From: Octopus vulgaris
Lineage: Eukaryota
Direction: 5' to 3'
DNA length: 64,000 nt
NCBI GenBank assembly: GCA_951406725.2
Contig: OX597830.1
Coordinates: forward strand, 28,210,001 to 28,274,000
Positions within the stretch are counted from its first letter, which is position 1. Each line of letters starts with the position of its first letter. The position numbers and the translations under genes were made by a program. Positions 1-16,488 of the stretch are shown here, in pieces. A model generated the notes under the pieces. The model ran no database searches. It was not told where the DNA came from and saw only the letters and a program-made list of their open reading frames with translations.

Positions 1-169
1 ATGAATCGTAACATTGATGAAGGTCAACATCAAAGGCAACCCTCATTAATTCCTATATATTGACCAAATATATATGTGTTGATGCGTACAAAACCTGCTC
101 AATGTGCTTAGTGTTTTCTCTTTAACAAGGCTTTTTTAGGTAACCGTTCCACGAAGCCTGTCGTATATA

Positions 170-419
170 TCTAAAATATAAAATCCGTTCTGCGTGTCTG
201 TGTGTGTGTCTTCTGCGATCTTGGGCATCCTCCATCCGATTGCGCTCAAATTTGATATGTAGATACCGACGGTATCCGGGCGTGTATAAGTCTTGAAAAA
301 ATTACAAAAATCGATTCCAGGTCAGAATGCGATCGATAAAGTCGCGGGAACATGCGTTTGTACGCGCAAGTACATCAGCTGTTGCGATCGATACTACGCG
401 TATGCGAGAATAATGCTGG
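170..419 (+). mobile_element. Probable non-autonomous Helitron 5' fragment (family 2)
   Basis: A|TCTAAAATATAAAA start followed by a TGTG/TCTG micro-repeat and CCGATTGCGCTCAAATTTG, a layout typical of invertebrate non-autonomous Helitrons. The 3' end is uncertain (CTGG|T at 416-420, no strong hairpin). Confidence 0.45.
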
Positions 420-574
420 TGTCTCAAATTTAGGTTAAATCAGTGTTTCTCAAAGGGGTGGCCTATGGGACGGGCAGACATATTGTTTTGAGAAAATTTG
501 GACGGGGGCGTTTTTCTCGTATAAATATATGTCTGGATGTGTGGGTGTGTGTGTATGCGTGTATCTATGCGTGT

Positions 575-778
575 GTCATTGTGTCTGTGTCGTTCCCCAC
601 CCCCACTGCTTGACAACCGTTATTGATGTATCTAAGAACCCGTCACGGCCAGAGAGATCGAGAGAAGTACGAGGCTTATAAACACAGTGCTGGTGTCGAT
701 TAGTTCGACAATCCTCTTCATGGTGCACATCAGACTAGCTGCAGTCCAATGACTGAAACAAGTAAAAATCAAAAGATA
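575..778 (+). mobile_element. SINE family B, 3' part (degenerate)
   Basis: Ends GCAGTCCAATGACTGAAACAAGTAAAA; homologous to 23843-23978. Confidence 0.6.
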
Positions 779-1309
779 GAATATATATTAGGCAGTTCTA
801 AATATTGGCCTTTGTTGCCTATTGAGATAGGTATAGGCCTTAATATTTTTTTAAGAATTGGATACATATACAACAGCTCAATCTATTATCACATTTACAC
901 TATCTGGATTTTTTCGTAAAAAGTTGATCAACAACTTGCATATCTTTTATTAAGAGTAAAACAAATGACGATACTAAAATCGAATTTGGTCTTGATAAAT
1001 GTATAAAAGCCAAACTCTTTACGGGAAACATTTTGTAAACAAACAGCATACAGTTTGAAAATTTTACCATAATCAAATCCTGGGAATGGAATCTAACACC
1101 CTCTTATGCCTGAGGATATAAGGGAAAAAATTCTATCGTAGAGTTAGGGAGCTCTCCTACAATGCTAACTTCATTTGAGCAGCAGAATCGATGCTATCAA
1201 TATCTTGTCTTTATATTTCGTGAAATAAAAGACGCTATTACATCACGATATACTGCATGCATCACCGAATGCTAGGGTTAGACGTACTATACATCGCACA
1301 AAAGAATGT

Positions 1310-1500
1310 TGGATCTGGACATATGCAGCTGCAACTCTATCAAAAACAGCAAGCATACAGCTTGACACTTATATGAAAGAACGAAGAAACTACACTCAAT
1401 ATCAAAAGGAAAAAAGAATTATACAAAAAAAATTTGAAGACCACTGAGACTGAAGTTCGCCCAGATGAAAGAGAAATACTGTGAAAGCAAAACAAGTAAA
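1310..1500 (+). pseudogene. Possible highly decayed RTE-like LINE ORF C-terminal remnant
   Basis: Broken frames give TLSKT..QLD, LNIK..KELY and LRLKFA, resembling the RTE C-terminal segment leading to RRLRFAGH. Confidence 0.3.
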
Positions 1501-1621
1501 AGCTAAAAGAAATCAAATGGTGCCTCATAAATGCGTGGAAAAGTACGACATTCCGTTGTAAGTAATATACAAGCTGCTAGCAATTTTGATGTTGATATAT
1601 ATATATATATATATATATAAC

Positions 1622-2091
1622 AGAAGTTTGAAAACGCCACTATATAAGATAAATTTTAATTTTCTTAGAAATTTTACATTTCAGCCGCAGGTCATTCGAA
1701 CACAAGACGGCTAAAAACAACCACGTGGAGCCTGTTGAGACCAGTAAGAAACAATTATGAACATTTTTATTACACTCAACTTGAAACTTACAGCTATTAT
1801 GCATACTACCGACAAAACACCAACACATGGATTGTGTTGAGACCAGTAAGAAATAATTATGAACTTTTTTATTACACTCAACTTGAAACTTACAGCTATT
1901 ATGCATACTACCGACAAAACACCAACACATGGATTGTGTTGAGACCAGTAAGAAATAATTATGAACTTTTTTATTACACTTAACTTTTTAAAATATTTTT
2001 GATAAGGTTCGTTTTTTCGACAAGAACCGAAACATGAAAAATTTCTAAGAAAATTAAAATTTGTCTTATATAGTGGCGTTTTCAAACTTCT
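1622..2091. mobile_element. MITE with ~54-bp TIRs and internal 102-bp tandem repeat
   Basis: AGAAGTTTGAAAACGCCACTATATAAGATAAATTTTAATTTTCTTAGAAATTTT at 1622-1675 is inverted at ~2038-2091 with 1 mismatch; TA-rich flanks. Confidence 0.85.
1733..1980. repeat. 102-bp tandem repeat, ~2.4 copies
   Basis: Units start at 1733, 1835 and 1937 (TGTTGAGACCAGTAAGAAA...). Confidence 0.95.
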
Positions 2092-2138
2092 TTTTTATAA
2101 ATATATACCCACTCGTATACGATCTACACTTATCATAA

Positions 2139-2215
<77 letters not shown>

Positions 2216-3027
2216 TGACTCGTTAGTGGTTGTCTTCATCTGAAATTAAATTAGAAGCAGAGGGCTTTATAAGAGCTCGGTAGCAGCGTCTCTCCACTAA
2301 AATTTACTTAGCTAACATTCTTAAAAATGGTGCTGATACTCCCGGCTGCTTATCTAATATAATCAGAGACGGAATTGAGCATCTCATCAATGGATGCTCT
2401 ATGCTGGTCTTGACTAAGAAAACTAATCGCCAAGATAATCTTGGTCAATATTTGCTCCGGCTTATATGACGTCAGTTTGGTTTCCAAGTGAGAAAGTCTT
2501 GTGGGAACAAAATCTTGCTAAAACAGTAAAAGTTAAAGACATCACTCTCCTTGCAAATTCAGTATTCAAACACATTCAGACACTCAGGACACTACAGACA
2601 AATACCATAGACTGGTCATATATAAACCAACCCCAGCCGACAGCAACACCTCGTTATGAACGTTTGAAAATTTAAGTAAGTTCGAAGATCTTGTAAGAAA
2701 TGTCTCTAAAGTGTATCATCTAAGAACGACAACTCCACTTCTGATCATCGCTCTTAGATGGTATGATTAAATAGCTAAAAATACAAAATTATCAGAACTA
2801 CAAAAATTGACCCCCAAGTCACAGTTTTTTCCTAGCAATTTTTGTTTTGAAATCTTTCAAAATCTCAAATATTACAAGAAACATTTTACGAAATTACAAT
2901 TCTCAATATCTAGTGGCCTTTCCTTGATATATATCATGTCTCATCATAAATAATACGCGCAGTAGAATTTCAGTAGAGTCTAAGAACAAATAGCAAAAAT
3001 AAACAAAAAAGCAACAACAGTAAAAAC

Positions 3028-3383
3028 GCAGCAGCAGCAGCAGCAGCAGAAGTAGTAGTAGTAGTAGTAGTAGTAATAGTAGTAGTAGTAGTAGTAGTAG
3101 TAGCAGTAGTAGTAGTATTAGTAATAATAATAATAATAATAAGAAGAAGAAGAATAATAAGAATTATAATTATAATAATAGTAATAATAATAATGATAAT
3201 AATAATAATAATCGTCTTTATGACAGGCTCCAGGTCGAAAATTCTGGCTCAAATGGTACTTTATTTCATCGACCCTGAAAGGATGAAAGGTAAATCAATC
3301 TCAGTGGCATTTGATCTCAGAATATAAGCAGAATAAATGCCGCAAAGACTTTTCACAACACAGTAACAGTTCTAATAATAATG

Positions 3384-3417
<34 letters not shown>

Positions 3418-3441
3418 GAAGAAGAAGAAGAAGAAGAATAG
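3028..3441. repeat. Compound trinucleotide microsatellite (CAG/TAG/TAA/GAA) interrupted by a degenerate minus-strand family A SINE (~3225-3373)
   Basis: Direct reading; ATCGACCCTGAAAGGATGAAAGG is the reverse complement of the family A core. Confidence 0.85.
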
Positions 3442-3765
3442 TAATTTTCTTCATTAAAAAATAACACCATAGAGATAGATCGGTAAATGCGTCTGTGCAA
3501 GAGAAACGTCAATAGCGAAGGAAACGTAATGGTTTTTCTAAATGAGAACAGTTTTTACGTATATACGTCCATGAAGCCTTGAAATCATAGAGGGATTGAT
3601 AGCTTTCTGCGCTAAGAGAAGCACGTAGAAGCCTATAACTGTAGTCCACAATGAAGCCATAAATATTCCTGATGATGAAAGAGTAAAGGGAGAAGAAGAG
3701 TAATAATGAGCACATAGGAATAGAAGTAAAAACACGGTAGTCGATATACGAGGAGATTGATAGAC

Positions 3766-3781
3766 AAACAGATAGATAGGC

Positions 3782-3856
<75 letters not shown>

Positions 3857-3893
3857 CAGAGAGACAAACTGACAGATAGATAGACAGACAGAC

Positions 3894-3952
<59 letters not shown>

Positions 3953-3957
3953 CAGAC

Positions 3958-4032
<75 letters not shown>

Positions 4033-4047
4033 TATAGATAGACAGAC

Positions 4048-4135
<88 letters not shown>
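3766..4135. repeat. (GATA/GACA)n and (TA)n microsatellite
   Basis: Direct reading. Confidence 0.95.
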
Positions 4136-4876
4136 TACGAACGGTGGGGGAGAGAAGGAAAAACATGGAAATTTAGAAACGCAAAGAGGGAGTGGATGAG
4201 AGACTTAAAGAGAATGGAATTGTAATTGATGAGAAAAAGAATAAAACGCAAAGAAGTGAATGTAAGTAAAATTTGAATAGCGTTGTTGAAATAAGAATGG
4301 CGGTCTGAATGAATGAGGGACGAAAAACGATCGGAAAAAATCAGTAGGAAAATACCAATAGTATTGTGTACCTCTTTCTGTCTTTTTCTTTCTCCCCCTC
4401 CCTCTGTGTCTCTGTCTCTCTTCCCCCCTAACTTGGTGTCTCTGTCTGTCTGCCTGTCTGTCTGTCTGTCTGTCTCTCTTACTTAAATACGTACACACAA
4501 GCATGGCTACCAACGCACACGAACATGAACGTGTACTCCTTACATCTATTTCCATAAAATCCTATATTCGTTTTTATCTGCTGTCTCTCCTCTCCTCTCT
4601 GTCTATGTATGCATGTACTTATGTATGTATGTTTGTATGTATGTATGTATGTATGCATGTATGTATGTATGTATGTATGTTTGTTTGTATGTATGTATGT
4701 TTGTATGTATGTATATATGTATGTATGTGTGTATGTATACACGCATGTATATGCATGTAAATATAGGTATAAATATAGGTATATATATGTGTGTATAATT
4801 ACATAAGCATTATATATACATACATACTTATATATATATGTGTTTGTGTATGTATTATATAAAATTACATACATAT

Positions 4877-4918
<42 letters not shown>

Positions 4919-5257
4919 GCATGTGTGTATGTATACATCGAGTGCACAGTTAGATGTATGACCTACTGTGTGAATTAGATATCCATGTTTAATATCTGTA
5001 TCCTCTTAGCTTCCACGATAGTAGTCAGCCTATTACTGTACTTAATAGTGTTGCTATTTGCGATGTAGAGAGCTAAGAAAGGAGAAATATGAGATAAGCA
5101 CAAGTATAAACTATTAATTCGGACATATGCTCCAATCCAAATGACTGCTATGGAGAAACGTATGTAGTTACTAATAACCTACATTTGCGTTCATCATATT
5201 TTTCGCCGTATACATAGATACATGCATAAGTACACACACGCACACGCACACACAATG

Positions 5258-5581
5258 ATTGTTAAAGAGGACAACATACGTTAAGTCAAGGTATACATCT
5301 CAAGTCATATACATTATTATCATTGAAAAAGTTCAAAGTCTTACGGCTGTTTCTGGGATATACCAGAGTATGGGATATTCTGTTATCAGAGACAAATGAG
5401 GAAAATGAGAAGGGTATAGATTAATGAAATAACGACATAGAAGACGGGACTAGATGATAGAGTACCCCATACTCTGAGATATCCTAGAAACAGCTGTAAG
5501 ACTGAACTTTTTCCAGTAATAATAATGACAATGACTTGAGATGTTTGCATTGCCTTGACGTTTGTTGTCCTCTTTAACAAT
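5258..5581. mobile_element. Inverted pair of PLE-like terminal repeats with degenerate hammerhead motifs
   Basis: Arms 5258-5387 and 5453-5581 are diverged inverted copies ending at ATTGTTAAAGAGG / CCTCTTTAACAAT; each carries GAAACAGC(T/C)GTAAGAC. Confidence 0.7.
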
Positions 5582-5699
5582 TATATATCCGGTATATCGG
5601 AAGTCTACCATTTAATCCATAACTGCCGTCTCGGGAACAATTTTGGAGTCCTAATAGTCTGATACAGCACTTACCTAGCATACCCAATCCTTTAGGTCA

Positions 5700-5931
5700 C
5701 TTCTTCCTCTTCTTCTTATCATTATTCTCCTCCTCCTCTTCTTCTTCTTCTTCTTCTTCTTCTTCCTCCCCTTCCCCCTCTTCTTCTTCTTCTTCCTCCA
5801 CTTCCCCCTCTTCTTCTTCCTCCCCTTCACCCTCTCCTTCTTCTTCTTCTTCTTCTTCTTCCCCCTCCCCCTCCTCTTCTTCTTCTTCTTCCCCTTCCCC
5901 CCTCCTCTTCTTCTTCTTCTTCTTCTTCTTC
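5700..5931. repeat. (CTT/CCT)n polypyrimidine tract
   Basis: Direct reading; source of the spurious poly-Glu ORF. Confidence 0.95.
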
Positions 5932-6243
5932 ACCTACTACTGCTGCTCAAACAATCAAAACCAAGAACTCATATCAAATATTAGGATTGTTACTACCTGA
6001 TACCTGCTACCAAGACTTCACAAGAATAAAAAAAGAGCGACAGCGACAGACAGAAAAAAACGAAAATGTCCCTTGCATTTGAAAAGTATGGAAATATTTT
6101 AAAAACATTTCATTAAATTGTGCCTGAACTTAATTGCTTTTCATGCTTTACTCTAAGTTGAAAAGTCGCAAAGGCTGAAACCAGTACTAAAATGTTCTTT
6201 ATGATACAACTATTTCAGCATTTTCTACCTTGTCTTATTTTCC

Positions 6244-6308
<65 letters not shown>

Positions 6309-6406
6309 CTTCATATTAAGCTTACAATGAAATGGTCTTTTTCAAGCCGAATTCTGCTCGGTGAAATTACTGATTACTTCTTAATCAATTAATTTTACCC
6401 TTGTTA

Positions 6407-6476
<70 letters not shown>

Positions 6477-7872
6477 ACATATGTCTTTTCTGTACAAGTG
6501 CATTAGTATTTGAGTTTCAGGCGCTTGATTGTGTATGCGTGTGTCCATTCGAGTTAGTGTACGTGTGAATATGGTTTGAAATATTTTTTTTCAGATTGAA
6601 AAATTTACATCCCTTCTATTCGATTTAATATTTTTTACTGTTTCTCCTTGCACCCTCCGCAATTCTCTCTCTTTCTCTCTCTCTCTCTGTTCCTTTTACC
6701 GTTTTCGTCCCAGCCCATCTCGTGTCTAATTCTCTCATTTTTCACTTCATCGCCATCTTCTTAAGGACTATGTCTTTCCTCTTCCCCATCATCTATGAAG
6801 TTATATCGCTTTCTTCTGTCTCTTTTTCACTTCCGATTACAATGTAGCAAAACAGAAAACAAATGACATACATATAAATGCACAAGCCCATCGAAACTTT
6901 CTTGGACGCTTCTGGCGGTACATCAGTTTTACCAGGAGAAGATACCAAGAGTCACACAATCCATTCTACTAACTCTCTGCACAAAGGGATACTGGGAGTG
7001 ATCCCACATGACCCTCCACAGAACGATCCTGCTCACAGACAAAAATCGCACACAATACTGAACTGACATTTTTTTGAGTCTGAACGAAGTCAAGCAGAGT
7101 TGACTTGGGCAATATTTTAACTACTAATCCAATGATCCGATCATCTGACGCTCTGAAAACTCAAACTGCCGATTAAGAAAACATTTGTGAAAATTTATTG
7201 GAAAATGACGATCAAATCGATAAAAGTTTAGTATAGATATATATATTGCAAAAGGGTATATTGAATTAACTGCAGTGTGATCGATTATCCGAAAGGCCAG
7301 AACGTCATACAAATGATGCGTGAGAATGGTGTCGAATTTTTTCTTACGTTCTTAATTTAAATTCAGCTTTGATTTTTGTAGTTTCAAAATCGATAAATTG
7401 AAAAAAAAAATAATATAAATAAATGAATCAAATATTCGAATTGATTTGTCTTCTGCCACTTTCGCAGAATCGTCTGTTATGCTACCCGATTTCATCACCG
7501 GCAGGCAAAGCAAAATGTTTGTTGGAGTACATTGCTGCTCTTCACTACAACGAAGGACATTTGCAATACAACGAAGTAAACGGTGGAACAGAAGCTGACA
7601 CAATTATCTTAGTAATACGGAAAACAATCTAATCTCTGCTTACTTCACTCCACTTACCTGAGCATTTATCTTATCTGATGTGTGTTCGCGTGTATAAAAG
7701 CTATTACATATCTGCATATTCAAGTGTGGGTATTTTGGATCGGGTTAGTGTGTAACTTTCCTGATTGCCATACCATCAGCCTTCCTTTCTAGCAGCCGAG
7801 ATCATCTTTGTTTGTTTGTCCAGGTAATATATCGTCTGCTGATTAATTCATTTTATAACTAAGTTTTGAGGA

Positions 7873-8174
7873 GCAGAGGCACATGGCCTAGTGGTTAGAG
7901 CAGCGGACTCGCGGTCGAGGGATCGCGGGTTCGCATCTCAGACGGGGCCAAGTGTGTGTTTATGAGCGAAACACCTAAGCTCCACGCGGCTCCAGCAGAA
8001 GGTAATGGCAAGCTTCTGCTGACTCTTTCGCCACAACTTTCTCTCACTCTTTCCTCCTGCATCTAGCAGCTCAGCCGCGATGGACCGGCGTCCCGTCCAG
8101 GTGGGGGACCTATACACCAAGGAAACCTGGACACCGGCCCTTGTGAGTTAGGCGTGGCTCGAGAAGGAACAAAC
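7873..8174 (+). mobile_element. Full-length tRNA-derived SINE with V-domain-like core (family C) and 12-bp TSD
   Basis: A box TGGCCTAGTGG, B-box-like GGTTCGCATCTC, CCGCGATGGACCGGCGTCCCGTCCAGG (V-SINE-like, from recall), AAC tail; TSD AAGTTTTGAGGA at 7861-7872 and 8175-8186. Confidence 0.85.
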
Positions 8175-9279
8175 AAGTTTTGAGGAAGTGTTGGTTGGTC
8201 AGAGATATGTATTTATAGAAATATGTTACACCAAATGGTATGAGTTCCAATGCTACATAAAAAATCCCCAGAAATTAAATTTCATGCAACCAAACAATTC
8301 CGTTCCATCACGTTGCTGTTCAACGGACATCGCTTCTGAAAGTTTTTTCACTTCTTGTGTACTCAACAGTATCTGACTTATCTAGGAGTTACTCCTTCAT
8401 CTCTCATAAGTCTCCTGAAGACCAATGTCAAATGTGACATTGTTTCTTTTTTTTATACCAAGTTCTATATAACACAAAAATATTTGTAAAGCATTTTATA
8501 TGGGCAAACAAGGATTAAATAATTTTTACATATATTTTGTGATGCATATATTTTCTCTGAGGTATAAAATACATTATATATTTTTCAATGAGATGGCAGT
8601 TGCAGCTCTAAGCATTATTGTATGTTCTATGCAGGAATCTTGCAAAAAAGTGTTTCCTCCAGATGTACACATAGATGGAATCTGATAGGTCCTATATAAC
8701 TGTATACACTCTTTCTCTCTTTCTGTATATATATATATATATATATACACACGCAGAGGTTTATATGAATATATATATGAAATCTCTGCAAAGTACTCCT
8801 GAGGTAGGAGAGGAAAAATTGATTGAGTTTAGCATGATTTTGTCTGCAATACGGTAGATGGTGATACATGTTGTTAACTTCCATAGGCACATGGTCCATT
8901 AAATACTGGTGGAGATGAGTCCAAATTTAAAATCTAGGATGGTGCCCTCTATGGAGTATGAGTTTTATCTGCCGTGCACAGGCTAACCTCATAAATATTG
9001 TCGCAGTCTTTAACCTTTCGCTGTATTTATTATTGTGTTGGTTTTTCTGTAGTGACAATATGAAAAAGGTTGCGAAGTAATGTACTAGTTTATAGAACAG
9101 ATATTTAAAGGCATTTTGTGTCAGTTTAATGAAGGATTTGATTGTGTAGGTGTTTAGAAATAAGACAGGTACTTGGCATACCACTAAATGTTGAAGCATG
9201 TATAGTAGAGCAGAAAACTTTATGTATTCATTGCATTGGAAAATTAAGGAGAGGATCCATTCGTTGTTCTTTATTAGAC

Positions 9280-10400
9280 TTTTTAATATCGGTGTTGCAA
9301 TGGGTGCATACTTAATTCAGCTGTGCAGTTGTAATTTGAACAGTTTTAATGAGAATTCTCGCCATCATCAAACAAACTTCGCATGAGAAAAATGTTTCGC
9401 CAAGTTCGTTCAGACATTAAGATAGCTAACGATGTTACAGCGTATTATCTTATATTTGTGTCGGCTACACTGTTTTAAAACCGTATTACTTGCATTATTT
9501 TCTGTGTTTTATGCTTTCTTCTTCAAGCTACTCTATGATCAGTACAATATCATAACACTGAGCCTATCCATTAAAAGAGACGACATTTGAGCAAAAGCCG
9601 AAATATGAAAGGGATGATGTTTTCCTGTAGGTATTTGCATTTTGTAAGTCACAATGAAATCAAGAGAAACTCAATGGATGCAATAATATAGGGCTGTAGT
9701 GACTGTCTGTAGATCTTAATGAACATAGCATTCCTTTTTAAAAATAGACGAAGATACTATCAAAATACAAGTGACAGGAAACAATTAAACAGGATGTGGC
9801 AAACGGAATTTAAAACAGTATGAATAATTATTTCATTACGATATAAGAACAAAAACATAACAAAGCTACCAGGGTTCACGATGTTTTACACAGTTTAAAT
9901 GATGGTCCTGCTGTGACACAATATTCATTTCAAACAATTAACATTCTGTTCGATAATACTACGCCAGAAAGAAAACAAAAACACTTATTTTGCAAAGGAT
10001 ATCCGCAGTTCAATCAACACACTATAAAATAACACATCTTACAGAACCTATGCTATAAGTTACCGCCATAAATCACTACACACAAAAGTAGCAAAATACA
10101 CTGATTCACAAATAGGATACTCGACACTTTAACAGAGCAACAACTTCTTACACTACAGAGTTGTAAATAATTCATACAAAACAAATCGCACAATACATAT
10201 TTAAACGATCACAACACGATATCAAAAACCATAATATCAGTCGCAGAGCACGTATGCAATACAAACACAATCCAACAACGTAATACAAATTCTATTGCAC
10301 ATAATAGAAATCAGTGTTTAAACACCAAAATGACGCCAGAGACAACATAAGGTGCTTGACAAAAATTCAAAACTGAATTAGTATGTAGACACAATTCTAC
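9280..10400 (+). pseudogene. Decayed Penelope-like element RT to GIY-YIG remnant
   Basis: GVAMG (PLE RT motif) at ~9291, then ~900 nt later broken frames TNRTIHI.LNDH...IKNHN..VAEHVCNTN resembling the PLE GIY-YIG domain; order and spacing are consistent. Confidence 0.5.
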
Positions 10401-11059
10401 ATGGACACAGAAGTACACAACTCGGAAACACGGAGGGGTACCTGGCGGTGCGGTGGAAACTTTCATAAAACTGCAGAAAACATGATGATAATAACAGCAG
10501 TAATCGCAGTAATGGCGATAAGGAGTATATTGAAGAGCGTTTTACAGTAGAGTCTGGTATGTTTGGTTGTGTCTATTACGATGAAATGTCGTTGTAATAT
10601 ATTAAAGTTGTAATTATCAGAATTCTACAATAGAGAGGTTGCAAGGTAGTGATTGAGTGTGAGAGGGCAGAACACACTCTCGAGCACAATTACATATACA
10701 CTGACTCATAGACAGTGAGACCTATGCATATATATATAGATATATCTACATACACACGGACATCTACGCACACACATACACAGCTATAGATATACATATA
10801 AGTTTATGGAGATGTGTGAGTTCTATTTGTGTGTGTCTTTGTATATGTGAGTTTGTGTACACGAGTAAACGTATGTAGGCCAACATCGGAAATATGACTA
10901 GGAGAGAAGGTAATTTTATAGCATAGGAATTAGAAATTACACTGCTAAGTCTTGCAATATAATCTATATTAGCAACTTATTCGACGGAACTTTTAACCTA
11001 TCATTGAATGCAATATCAACTATGAAATTGATGATAGCCATTGATATTATCTATAGAGT

Positions 11060-14331
<3,272 letters not shown>

Positions 14332-14557
14332 AGGGTTCGGAGATGAAGACGAAAGGTGAGATGGAGAAAAAGAATGCGAGAGTGAGAGACAGAGTTGGGG
14401 GAGATTATTGCCACACATACACAGACTCACGCACACATAGATACACATACACAGACTCACACACATAGACACATAATTTCATTGACTTCTTCTGTTCCTC
14501 CTTCTTGTTCCTATTTACGTAACAATTCTTCGGCACCTGTTATTCCACCATGCTGTA

Positions 14558-16120
14558 TTCTTCTTCGTCTTCTTCTTCTTCTTCTTCTTCTTCTTCTTCT
14601 TCTTCTTCTTCTTCTTCTTCTTCTTCTTCTTCATCTTCTACCTCTTCTTCTTCTTCTTCTTCTTCTTCTTCTTCCTCTACCTCTTCTTCTTCTTCTTCTT
14701 CTTCCCACTCTTCTTCTTCTTCTTCTTCTTCTTCATCTTCTTCTTCTTCTTCTTCTTCCCCTCCCCCTCCTCTTCTTCTTCTTCTTCTTCTTCCCACTAT
14801 TCTTCTTCTTCTTCTTCTTCTTCTCCTTCTCCTCTTCTTCTTCTTCTTCTTCTTCTTCTTCTTCTTCTTCTTCTTCTTCTTCTTCTTCTTCTTCTTCTTC
14901 TCTTCTTCTCCTTCTTCGTCTCCTTTCATTTTCATCTTTCGTTTTGCCGATCCTCTTCGCCTTTTTCTACAAAAAAAAAAGCTTCTGCTTCTACTACTAC
15001 TACTAAAAGCTACTCCTATTACTACTACCACTACAATCCCCACTACTACTAAAAATAATTACTACTACTACTACTGCTACTACTATTACTACTACTACTA
15101 CTATACCTACAGTTGTTGCTGCTGCTGTTGCTACTACTACTACTATTGCCGCCACCACCACTACTACCATTCCTCCTTCTCACACTACTACTAGCACAAT
15201 GCACTTTCTCTTGGCAATTCCGACCTTCGTCCATATTTCCATTGTCTTTCTTGATCTTTGCTCTCCTCTTTCTGTTTTATCAATCTCATTTTTTTATTTC
15301 TTCCTTTTCTTTCTTTCGTCTTTACTTTGCATCACATTCTCTCCTTCTTTTTCTTTCATTCCCCTACACTTTCACTCCATACATTTTTCTCTCCCTACCC
15401 CACCCAACACGTCTTATCTTCCTTCCTTACTTTCTTCAAACCTGACCCTTCCTTCACAAAATACTCGATATATCCCCACCATTTTTGTCCAGTTCTTTTA
15501 TTCGCTCTTCGTGTGTACTCTCTATTTTTTCCATTCATCTCCCTCTCTCTTTCTCTTTCTCTCTCTCTCTCTCTCTTTCTCTCCCATCTTTCATCTCATT
15601 CAAGAAATTTCTTCACTACATATCATTTTTCTTTCTGTCATACTGTCGGTCCTTCTGTCTTACAATCTATCTTTGTCTGTCTCTCTTTCTCTCTTTCTCC
15701 CTCTGCCTATCTGTCTGTCTGTCTCTCACTGTCTGTCTGTCTGTCTGTCGGTCTGTCTATCTGTCTGTCTGATTGTCTTGCTCTCTCTTTCTCTTTCTCG
15801 TTCTGAATCTCTCTGACCAACTATCTGCCTATTTGTCCATCTGTCCATCTCTTTCTTACTCTCTTCACCATCAACGCTCTCCATTCCATTATCTCCTTCT
15901 CTTCCCGATACCCCGTCTCTCTTTCTCTCTCACATTTCTCTCTCTCACTCGCACTTATCTCTCTTTCTCTTTCCCTCCTTCTTTTGGTCTGCTCTGCTGT
16001 CTTTAGCCGTCTATCTTTGGCTCTTCATTCCATTATCTATATATATAATTCAGCCACCAACGCTGTCCGTCATAATCTTTCTATTCCATTATTTCCCTCT
16101 TTCCCTCTCTCTCTAGGTTT
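14558..16120. repeat. ~1.5-kb pyrimidine-rich tract: (TTC)n, (CTA)n, (CT)n, (TCTG)n
   Basis: Direct reading. Confidence 0.9.
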
Positions 16121-16169
16121 CTTTCTTCAAATCTCCGTCCATTACCCCTTTATACATGCATACGTTCAC

Positions 16170-16210
<41 letters not shown>

Positions 16211-16312
16211 CATGCATGTATGTAAGTTTATATGTGTGCATATACGTACGTACGCATACTTTTACATATACACGTGTCAATATATCACACCATACACATA
16301 TGCATATAGTTG

Positions 16313-16344
<32 letters not shown>

Positions 16345-16408
16345 TATATGTGTGTATATGTATGCATATATATATATATATATATACATATATATGTGTG
16401 TATATGTA

Positions 16409-16488
<80 letters not shown>

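Noticed and set aside
441-500. CAGTGTTTCTCAAA, a hAT-like TIR
   Set aside because: The partner TIR is poor and there is no 8-bp TSD.
6878-7066. ORF with ILGVI, possible LINE RT remnant; similarly vague retroelement-like stretches at 19.3-20.1, 33.7-34.1 and 46.1-46.4 kb
   Set aside because: Too degenerate to assign by eye.
7650-7830. TATAAAA box, plus-strand CAG|GTAAT and minus-strand CAG|GTAAGT donor-like motifs
   Set aside because: Short motifs expected by chance; no consistent exon or ORF. RNA-seq would be needed.
7877-7950. tRNA-like sequences here and at 34741 and 47384
   Set aside because: They are SINE heads with downstream repeat bodies, not complete tRNA genes.
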